NCBI RefSeq assembly: GCF_000143415.4
Contig: NW_003314436.1
Coordinates: 123,402-160,093, forward strand
Length of the DNA: 36,692 nucleotides
Direction of reading: 5' to 3'
Source of the DNA: Selaginella moellendorffii
Lineage: Eukaryota; Plantae; Lycopodiophyta
Under the pieces are notes generated by a model, which made no database searches, was not told the DNA's origin, and was given only the letters and a program-made list of their open reading frames with translations. How positions within the stretch are numbered: position 1 is the stretch's first letter; each line of letters starts with the position of its first letter. Positions 24,085 through 33,630 of this stretch are shown piece after piece. The position numbers and the translations under genes are program-made.

Positions 24085-24306
24085 ATGGCATGAGGCCTCA
24101 TGCCATCTTTGGCCCCTGCTAGCCTATTGCCATATTCCTTTTGCCTTGCTACAACTGTATATATTTTTGTATGGGTGACTAGTCACGCACATAAAAATAT
24201 ATACAGTTGCAGCAAGGCAAAAGGAATATAGCAACAGGCTAGCAGGGGCCAAAGATAGCGTGAGGCCTCATGCCATTAGTGGTACCACTAATGGCATGAG
24301 GGCTCA
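24085..24306. repeat. 192-bp near-perfect palindrome (24085-24276) overlapping a 46-bp palindrome (24261-24306)
   Basis: Centres GTGACT|AGTCAC at 24180/81 and GGT|ACC at 24283/84; the arms end in copies of the 22-bp motif. Confidence 0.95.
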
Positions 24307-24464
24307 TGTCAATTTTGTGAATGCGAAATTTCACGTAGGTGTCAATAGCATGTTTGAATAATGGCATGTGGCCTCATGCTATTGAGGTTGTTTGGTATGT
24401 TATGATTTAGGCCATTCTCCAATCATTTTTTGTATGGTCTTAACTTCTTTCCTGCACTTTCAGA

Positions 24465-27400
24465 ATGGCCTTCAGGGTTGGGGAAAAGGTTTACATTTTG
24501 AATGGTGGGAAGAGAGTTGCAAAAGGGACCCTTGTGTCTATGGATCGAAACTTTGTTATACACTGTCAAAGGCTTGGGAAAGGCAATGCTGCTGTATCAG
24601 TAGAGACTGTCTTCGATGGGAATGTGGTCGCTATTGAACGAGGAGAGATGGTCGTCGGGGTAAATGTTGTTGTTGCCTTGAAAAATCTTCAGAAGAAAGC
24701 AGATGTTGGGGACAGCGCAAGTGCGACGCATGTTCCCTCCATGGATCTTAAGAACCGTGCTACATGGATTCAGGCAAAGGTGTTTCTAAACAACCCCGAG
24801 GGGGAGGTGGTAGCTGAGGGCTTAGCCACAGTTGTCGATCCAAGAGATGCAGTGGCTAATCAAGAATTGGGCTGGGATGATATTGGAGTTGCGATTTTAG
24901 AGGTTGTTGACACAGAAGAAAACAGTCTGACTATTGGAAGCATTGTGCGGTGGAAATTGAGGCACTTAGTGTTTGAGAATGTGAAGGATTCACAATCAAA
25001 CACCACTACAACTGATGACAGAACATCTCTTCATGGGAAAAGAAAGTACACCTTCCTAAAGCGCAGCCAAAGGGATCTGAGCAACGAACCGAAAAGGCAA
25101 AAAATGGCGATGGAGGTTCGAATAGTCTCGATAGTTGCTTGTTGCAAAAGGAGGTGCTGTCAACATGCTGATTGGGATGCTATTGAAGAGGAGAGAGCAA
25201 GATACAAGACATTGTCCTGGAAGGCAGCTCGCAATTTTGTGTATGAGGCATTACGGTCATCTGTTGATGCTTCAGAACATCAGGTGGGGGGCATGGTCTT
25301 CCAGAGGGGTTTGGTCTGCATGAAGGCATGGAGAATCATTTATGGAGTCCCTCGAACCACATTCTACAGAATCAAAACTGAGTTCGAGGAACAAAGGGTT
25401 CAACAGGTAGTCCATGGGAACGACGGTACGCACAAAACCAGGGGTCATGTTGTATATGGAGAGGCAATCTTCAAGAGGTTTGTCGAGACATGTAGCGAGC
25501 AGCAACCACATAAAACCCGCCTCTTGGAAGATGGAACACGAGACACCCAATGAGTTCTCCCTTCCATGTATACCAAGGGGGCCATATTGGAAGATGTGAA
25601 TCGGGAACTCCAGAGTAATGGCTACAGGAATCTGAGCCAATCTAGATTTAGTAGATTGTGGAGCAACAGGTTCAGGGATGTGAGTATAGGAAAGTACTCC
25701 AGCTTTTCAAAGTGTGACGAGTGCACTGCTATCAAAATGGCTTTGTCGAAGAATTCTTGCAGCGCTCAAGAGCGAGAGACATTGGTTAGAAGGCGGCTCG
25801 ACCACAACATCGAGCAAAGAAGCTGCAGGACTGCATATTATCATAACAGGATTCTCTCCATGGAGAGACCTGACTCTTACCTCTGCATCATCCACGACAA
25901 AATGGACCAGAAAAAGACGTGCTTACCTCGACTCAATCCTGCCCCCAAGGCAATCTCTTCATCCATGCAGCTGCCTGTGTCTCTGTTTGGCATAATCGCT
26001 CATGGGCATGGTGCCCAGAACTATGGGAACTTCTTTGTACCTCTATGGGGTGGCGGGGGTGCAAACATGATGATTGCGTCCCTAGCAAAACACTTAAGGT
26101 CTCTGCAAAGTGTGCAGACTGAGCTGAACGGCCAACCCTTGCATAAGGCCCTTGTCGATCGAACCCTATACAGGGTTCAGCTGGAGGAGGAGCAAAGGCT
26201 TGCAGTATCGCGTGGGGCCCCATGCCATCCCAGTGAATATGTTGGCCGTCAGATTGTAGGGTTATCACGTGAGGCCTCATGCCATTCCAACGAGGCTGGT
26301 CGCCCGGTGAATGCACAGCCTCATCCAAACGAAGTAGAATCTCAAGGAAGTTCTTGCGGCCGATGTGGCCTTCCACCCCATCTTTTGCTCCAAACAAACA
26401 ATGCTGGCAGTGAGAACAAAAACATGTACGTCTTCGCGTACTTGGCGATGCTTGTTGCCAAAGGCATATTTGAAACGGTTACACTTGGCTTTCTCATGGT
26501 TGGGCACACTCATGAAGACGTCGATGCCATGTTCAGTCACCTGGTAGAGTCCCTCCGGCGATCCAATGTCCTCACCCTCCCACAACTCTACGATGAATTC
26601 CAAAATTGCATCAAAGGCACTGTTGAAGCTGCACTTGTGACAGAGGTTCCAGACTTTAAGGGGTTTGTAAGAGGCTACATCAAGGATAGATCCGAAACTT
26701 TGATTGGCCACTCCAAGCCTCTTTAGTTTCATTTCAGCATGCGTGATGGTGCTCCAGTGATGAGGTACAAGATGAGAGAATGGGACACAGTGTGGCTGCC
26801 AGTGGACGGCATTGAACTCTTCAAGAGAGATCCCATAACTGGGGAACTTATGATTCCTCAGGGTTCCCCACGGCCGATGCACCCGGATGGACTCAAAGAC
26901 CAGGAAAGTATAGTGGCCGGGATTAGACAGCATATTGCCTTCTGGAAGAGGGGGTTGGTGTTTGGTGGAGAATCCTATTTTAAGAGGTGCAAGCCTTTGC
27001 TCGAATACTGGGAGAAGATTATATTTGCTATCCAAAATGGGCCGGTTGTATATGAAGAATTGGAAGAGTCCTTTTGGCCAGAACCCAGAGCACCAGATAG
27101 TAGCGGAACAATGTCCTCTGGAAATGCAGTGACAGATAACAATGTTGAGGATCACTATTGTGGGCCGAGGAACAAGAAGCCGGATTCAGCATTCAATCCA
27201 GTACAGGTCTGCAAAGGAATGGTCGTGCTTGTCAGACCCAGTAATAAAAAACAAATGATATGGGTGGGGCGCTGCATCACTGATGCAGAGGAGGACGCGG
27301 AAACTAACTCCTTCAATGTAACTGTGGAGTGGTTCAAGCCAAGTTCCGGATATACGAAGGATTGCCTAGAAAAGAGATGGGTGCTGAATCCAAGGGATCC

Positions 27401-27605
27401 CAGCATGAGCATATCGGTGGATAATGTTGTGCATGGTTGGATGTGGAAGCAGAGTGCCACCATCACCTTGCCAGACCATGCAAGAGATGCAGCAAGAGCA
27501 TTCATAACCCGGGTTCAAGGTGAGATTCATTAATATTCCTTTACTAAGTTTCTAATGTATTTTATTTCAAGGTGAACAATCCGAATCTGAATCAGAGGAG
27601 GCGTG
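24465..27605 (+). pseudogene. ~1020-aa Sola/DUF7869-like transposase with two TNP1-like N-terminal modules and a BAH-like C-terminus; two in-frame nonsense mutations
   Basis: ORFs 24465-25553, 25566-26726 and 26739-27533 share one frame, split by TGA (25551) and TAG (26724). Motifs: FSKCDEC, CIIHDKMDQ, LLQTNNAGSENKN (normally QxDN..xNKN), FLMVGHTHEDVDAMFS and GHSKP. Probable terminal intron from 27520. Confidence 0.85.
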
Positions 27606-28246
27606 ATGGCATGTGGCCTTACGCCATTCCTAGGTGAGATGATACAAATAACAAGTATAAATTCTTAGTTGTTCTAGCAAATCTTACTTAAAGTTCAAGG
27701 TGAACAAGCCGAATATGAATTCATCGGATTGTTATAACAAATTGCGAGGTGATGGCATGAGGCGATACGCCATTTGAGAGTGGTAGCCATTCCTATATGA
27801 GGTGAGTGAAATATTTATTAGAAATACCTCATTCAATTGTGCACTTCTAAGTCTTGGTCCACTCAGTACTGTTTGCATGTTTTTATTTTAATTCTTTCTC
27901 TAAAATGTTATTTAGCATGTGGCTTCATGCCATTGCTCTCCACAATCATGCATTGAATTTTTCTATCCTTGCATAATACTTCTCCATATATATAGCATGT
28001 GTGCACATGTGATATGGTTCATTAGGCCTGATATAGTGTGTGAGGTAAAACAAAGATGATGTGACATATGCATTTACCAATCACACGTGCATAAATCTAA
28101 TAATATGGCGTGTGGCCCATATTAATGGCACATAAACCCATATTGTGGGCTTACGTGCTTTATGTACCATCATTCCCTTGCAGCGTGTGTGTTGGTTTCC
28201 TTTTATAACACAACGAACTCTATATTTTAGGGTGAAGAGCGTTCTC

Positions 28247-28504
28247 ATGGCAAGCACAAAATCTGTAAGTGAGGTAGAAAAGGAGACGGAGAAGGAGATA
28301 GGTGAAGATGTAGAATATATAAGTCTTCCAAACTCCCCGTACTATACTCCAGGTGATCATTTTTCTGAACAAACGGCAACATTAACAACTATCGAGAACA
28401 CCCCAGTAATGTCAGAGACAACAATCCAAAACAAAACAACTGACCCGGAGAAGGATGATAGTACCGCTGAGAGTACCAAAAAGGAGGTGTCCACTAACGC
28501 TTAG
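28247..28504 (+). CDS. Small 85-aa 'YYTPG' protein, homologous to 3749-3997
   Basis: Intact ORF after a TTTTAG acceptor; LPNSPYYTPG...TPVMSETTIQNK...ESTKK. Confidence 0.68.
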   Translation: MASTKSVSEVEKETEKEIGEDVEYISLPNSPYYTPGDHFSEQTATLTTIENTPVMSETTIQNKTTDPEKDDSTAESTKKEVSTNA

Positions 28505-29140
28505 GCTTATAATGGTGTGTGCCCTCATGCCATTTACTTGATCACCAAATACCTTTTTCCCTTTGCACTAGTATATCTTAATACCGGTCTGAGAAATAGA
28601 ATGGCATGTGCCCTCAGGTCTTTTACTAAATCACCTTTGAAAGAAATGCAAGCCTCTATGTCGTAAAAAAAAGGTACTAGAGAAATTCCTTAATAATATG
28701 AATGTTATTTAGTTTCATGAAAATACACTAAGGGTCAAATGAGTTAAATGACTTCTCCAGACTAGCAATGCCTCTTGCTACACCTTCACAATTAGATTCG
28801 TTAGAAAAAGATAACATTGAATAATATCTAAATGTTCTCACCATTAAGTTATATATCTGGCTAATAGGAATGACGTTCATCTTGGAAAGCTCACCACACG
28901 CTTAATGAACAAACAAATAGTGTGTGCGCGCATGCCATCGCTCTTCTTTAGCTTCAGATTCGGCTTGTTCACCTTGACAATGAGATTTATTATACAACCA
29001 GATGGACTCAGTCTGGACACAAAGTCACCGCGCTAGTCACCATGCCCCAGATATGTCTAGCCCCTGGACAAAAAACATATAATTTCACGTCATTTTCAAA
29101 TACTTGAAAATTTGTACCTAGTCCCATTTTACTGAATAAA

Positions 29141-29164
29141 TCCCACTTTAACGAAATAGAGCTT
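29141..29164 (-). repeat. Right TIR
   Basis: TCCCACTTTAACGAAATAGAGCTT followed by the TSD TCCA. Confidence 0.96.
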
Positions 29165-30159
29165 TCCAAGAAAATGGTCATCTTCTCGAGCAGGCTGGGC
29201 GGCAAAATTTGCAAAATAGTTTGGGGGATGATCGGGTTTTGCGCGATGCTGATGGGATCGATCGCGATGGCAGGAGCTGGGAATGGCGGAACCGGCCTAG
29301 GTCTTGGAGTGGTGGAGCTAGCAAAGAGGTAATCTGACAACGAAGATGGCCAACATATGAGAAAGAGATGTTTGCTATAGTGTCAGCATTGGAACACTAG
29401 AGACACTATTTGGGTGGACATACCAAAGTTTATATAGATAGTAACACACTGAGCTACTTTGCTATACAGTCAAAGCTTATGGCAAAGTAAATTTGTTAGC
29501 AAGAGAAGCTCACTAGATTTGATATTAAAATCATCTATAAACCTGGTAAAGACAATATTGTTCTGGATGCATTAGCTCAGTTCCGAGCAGTGTCAGCAAT
29601 TAGTTCAGAGTGGTTGGAGGATGGTTGGGTTTCATATGGAAGTGATCTGTTGGCAAAAACAATCTTGCACCATATAGAGTTGTTGAAGCAAAACCCTAAT
29701 AGTGAAGCAGCAAAAGTTGCTAGTTGTATGAATGTGAAGCTTCACTTCTCAGTTCGGGATGGGCTTATATTCTATAAGCAAGAAAGATTGCATCTTCCCT
29801 CTAAGATTTGCAGTAGTTGTTTTTGTGGGAACATCATGATGTTTCGGCAGCAGGACATGGTAGAAAGCGAAAGACTCTTGCTTCATTGAAAAAGGGATTT
29901 TTCTGGTCTGGTATGGAAGGTGATGTAGCAGACTATATCCGTTCCTGCCCTATATGCTAATAATGTAAGTGCAGAACTGAGAAGAAGGCTAGAAAGTTGC
30001 AATGCATTCTAGCACCAGCATGGCCATTTCAAAGTGTAACACTTGATTTCGTCACTTGCTTGCCAAAATCTAAGGGTTATGATACTTTGATGGTGGTTGT
30101 GGATTAATTGTTGAAGATTGCACACTTCATTCCAACTATGGAAATAGTGAATGCAAAAC
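29165..30159 (+). pseudogene. Ty3/gypsy RNase H, integrase HHCC and start of the integrase core (decayed)
   Basis: QRRWPTYEKEMFAIVSALEH*RHYL...IYKPGKDNIVLDAL; EHHD..AGHG...FFW...CPIC; WPFQSVTLDFVTCLPKSKGYDTLMVVVD. Confidence 0.92.
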
Positions 30160-31179
30160 TGTAAGCGACTAATTCTTCCATTCTACTTTAATCACTTAAC
30201 CATACCTTCGACCACTTGGAGGAGTCTCATTCACAACCTCCATAAGTCCAATTCTGGACTTGGGGCTTACTCGCCTCGAGAAGGGCATCCATGCCCCTCA
30301 ACCTTTGCACTTGGTCTAAGTGCTCCACGTGTCTGATCCCATGATCGACACCCCAAGGTATCACTGACATATCAGCCCGTTACATTAAGGCTATGCCCAT
30401 TCACCTTGGTCACATCGATGGTCTAACACCACCTACATCACAGTCCTGTCTCTCAAAGATTGTGCCATCTGTCCATGAGTGATCATCCTAGATCCACTCC
30501 TTAGCATCCTTAGGATGCCCATAGACATGGGGAATAGCCTTCCCCAATCTCCCCTTTCTAGTCCCCACCAAGTCCTTTTCTGCCCATGGCCGTATTCGCC
30601 AACACTGCCACTAGACCAAGGCCCACAGGCCCGACCACTAAGTCCCACGGTCCTTTGGGACTTCTTCCTCACATGACTGTATCCTTGGTCTCTACACTAT
30701 AGGACGGCTCCTCTTCCTTTTCACTGTCTGGGACCTTAGGGCAACATTTCGGAACACCGTGGCCTTACGCGAGCCTCGTGGGTACTCTCCCTGCCTTCTG
30801 CCTTTTGGTGCTCTAGCCGTGGGTTTAGAGCGAGGTTCCATTGAGCCACACCAGGTATCCAAGTAGGTAGTGCCACCCACACTTGGACTGGGAGCATCGG
30901 CCAGTCGATCTCCCGGGGGAACTAGAGCCGGCTCTTGAACACTTCACCAAGCTACCCTGCTTGTCGGTCCATATTCACTCTAGTCTTGGACTTCCCAGTG
31001 GTCAGTTCATCACCCAACACTGGGTCTGGCCTTCCTGGGCCAAACTGGCCTTTCCTGGCCAAACTGGCTCCACTGCAATCCTCCCCCTTACTATACTTTT
31101 GGAGCTCACCAAACCCCCCAGGGTCTGGGAGACGAACGCTTTGGGCTTTCACCCTCTCGGGCTCGGGCTCGGGCTCGGG

Positions 31180-31261
<82 letters not shown>

Positions 31262-31897
31262 ATCCCGGTCTCCGCCCCGGTCTCCGTCTCGACCTCAGCC
31301 TCGGGCTCGGCCTCGGGCTCGGCCTCGGCCTCGGGCTCGGTCTCGGTCTCCACCCCGGTCTCCGTCTCGACCTCGGACTCCATCTCGGGTCCTTCTCGGA
31401 CTCCATCTCAGTCCATCTCGAACTCCATTTTGGGTCCATCTCAAACTCCATCTCGGACTCCATCTTTGTCCATCTCGGACTCCATCTCAGACTCCATCTC
31501 GGACTCCATCTCGGGTCCATCTCAGACTCCATCTCGGGTCCATCTCGGACTCCATCTCGGTCCATCTCGGACTCCACCTCAGACTCCAACTCGGATCCAT
31601 CTCGGACTCCATCTTGGACTCCACCTCGGACTCCAACTCGGGTCCATCTCAGACTCCATCTCGGACACTTCCACATGTCATGTGTTGGTCCTTTTAGGTC
31701 CCTTTTTGGAGCCTCGCTTATTGCTCGCTTCATGCTCATTCCTTGAGCACTCCGTTGGGAGTTCCACTCCCGCTCTCAACCTTTCAAGTCGGAGCCTTTT
31801 AGTCCAAATGTGTTATGCTCGTTTGGCTTTTGCTTCAGCCACTACCACGTGGCACCCTTTCGGCTCCACTTTGGGGCTTAGGGATTTGTGTCTCACA
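30160..31897. mobile_element. Solo LTR (~1.74 kb) inserted in the gypsy integrase, containing a (CTCGGT)n array
   Basis: TGTAAG...CTCACA termini; 5-bp TSD AAAAC/GAAAC; removal restores VNAKQAAKLFFHEVV; hexamer arrays at 31156-31665. Confidence 0.9.
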
Positions 31898-32110
31898 GAA
31901 ACAAGCAGCAAAGCTTTTTTTCCATGAAGTAGTGCAGGTTTATGGTCTTCCCAAAGAGATGATCTTGGATAGAAATTCAAGATTTATGGGGAAGTTTTGG
32001 GGCACACTATTCCAGTTTTTTAGTACCAAATTGAAGTTTAGTATGGCTTATCATCCTTAAATTGATGGGTTCAAAATGGATGGAGGGGATATTAAGATCA
32101 CTCAAGATAT
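31898..32110 (+). pseudogene. Ty3/gypsy integrase catalytic core (continuation)
   Basis: KLFFHEVVQVYGLPKEMILDRNSRFMGKFWGTLF...LKFSMAYHP*IDG. Confidence 0.9.
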
Positions 32111-32992
32111 TATTTCCAAGTTTTTTTATCTCCTCATAGAGGTAGATTAGTGGAATTGGATAGAAGGAGTAATCTTTTCTGATAAACTCAAACAAAGATC
32201 TGTTCATCTAGAATAGAGGGAAAATACATGTCCCTTGGGAAAAATTCATCTTTATGCTAGAGAAACCCTCATTTATCTGAGTGTTTTTTTTTTATGGGAA
32301 AGTTCCAAGGAAAGAAATCAAGAGATACATTAAATAGATATTTCTTTCTCTGGAGTAAGCTTTCCCTCAAAATCTTGCTGGTATGGCCTATAAAAAGTTT
32401 CTCTAGACAATGCAAGATTTAAAGGAAAAGAAAAAGAAGGGGTGGATACTTTAAAAGTAATGTCTACATTTTTCTTGCCCCGTTCTATAAACTTTGCTAG
32501 CAAACCACGAAGACTAATAAGCAAAGATTACTAGGCCAACAAGGAAATTTTTTTTCCACAATATGTTTGCATAAAAAAGCAAACAAAGGCAAGAGGACAA
32601 AGCTTAGAGCTAACGACATAAGGCAAAGTGACTTAAGTAATTTAGAAGTAACTAAGGAGCTTCTTTTTCTCTCTTGTTCTTTCCCTCTCTACACTTATAC
32701 CTCCACCAAGATGTGCCAACACTCCAAGCTTAGCTCTAAAGAAATGTACGGTAGCTCAAATGCCACTTAGGGCCACATAAGAGTAAATGCCATTTCTACC
32801 ACTTATTGGGTCAAACACACTCTTGATTGAGCGGAGTGATCTTATCTTCACACCACTGCCACAAGCCATTGACTCCACTCTTGAGCACCATCAATGCAAG
32901 ATCTCTCTTGGGCACCTCTATTGGCACTACACTACATCTCCCAGTCACCTAACACCGAGTGTTTTACTTACAAATCTCCACAGACGGCAAAA

Positions 32993-33630
32993 ATGCCTAG
33001 GCAAGATAAGTATGTGGAAGAAATCTTGTCCAGCAATAACTATAGCAAAGTAAAGCTGTTTAGGGAGTTTATGCTTTCTCCCTATGAGAAGTTTTGGCTA
33101 AATGCATTTGGGTTTCTCGCTTATATAGAGCTACTCGAAGGAGAAATATCGATCGAGCAAAAAATTGAGCTCATGCAGAAGTGGTACCTAATGGAGCATG
33201 CATTTCTCTTCCACAAGCAAGTCCATCCTTTTGGACTCACCTAGTTTGATTAGAATTTTTGCCTAAACAACAGGGTCAAAATAATCACGATGAGCAAGAA
33301 GGATCGCATACCCAATCAATACGTCCTCCCAAACTACACATCTGGATAGGGAGGCAATTCACCTACTTAAAGCTCGACTATCATGCTCAACTTAAAGTGT
33401 TGTGTGCCATCGTCAATGCGATGATGGTTGCACAAAATGCTAGCATTAAGATAACTCGCCTATTAGAAGTTATCGAGACTGGATGGCAAATAAATATAGC
33501 TCATTTTGCCTACAATAGATTTGTGGCCAAAATGAAGAATGTTGCCTTACAGGTAGGCAAGGAAAGACAAGTGAAGATAGGAGTCTTCATCTTTTTGCGG
33601 CACATCTATAAGCATTACATAGCTTAGGAG
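32993..33630 (+). pseudogene. Decayed transposon accessory ORF, weakly plant-mobile-domain-like
   Basis: FGFLAYIEL...IELMQKWYLMEHAFLF loosely resembles the PMD 'LxxxWxxxxxxF' pattern; by eye only. Confidence 0.3.

Larger units (their letters stand above)
21480..24464. promoter_or_regulatory. Divergent promoter / 5'-UTR region between the ParB-like gene and the transposase
   Basis: Head-to-head genes; CpG-rich GCGAG(T/C) repeat blocks at ~21900-22250 and ~23690-23895; duplicated AAAATGCACCAAAAAATGCTCG block (~22400 and ~23332); acceptor TTTCAG just before the transposase ATG. Confidence 0.6.
16361..28938. repeat. Dispersed 22-bp palindrome family ATGGC(A/G)TG-N6-CA(T/C)GCCAT (~25 copies)
   Basis: Copies start at 16361, 17437, 17512, 18744, 18935, 19076, 20236, 21513, 21573, 21650, 22445, 23372, 23987, 24085, 24255, 24291, 24361, 26207, 26264, 27606, 27752, 27912, 28105, 28512, 28601 and 28917 (some partial). 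The spacer is often AGGCCT/TGGCCT/AGGCCA. Confidence 0.95.
15975..29164. mobile_element. 13.19-kb TIR DNA transposon (Sola/DUF7869-like transposase plus ParB-like cargo gene)
   Basis: Perfect 24-bp TIRs; TCCA duplicated at 15971-15974 and 29165-29168; removing it restores gypsy RNase H (V-A-F-Y-S-K-K-M). Confidence 0.95.

Noticed and set aside
16361-28938. CRISPR-like reading of the recurring palindrome
   Set aside because: Irregular spacing, degenerate copies, no cas genes, eukaryotic intron-containing context.
15970-29168. 5-bp TSD (TTCCA) alternative
   Set aside because: It would make the TIRs asymmetric by one base; a 4-bp TCCA with perfect 24-bp TIRs is more parsimonious.
30883-31927. 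287- and 330-aa ORFs with LG/SV/ET/RP dipeptide runs
   Set aside because: Translations of (CTCGGT)n inside a solo LTR.
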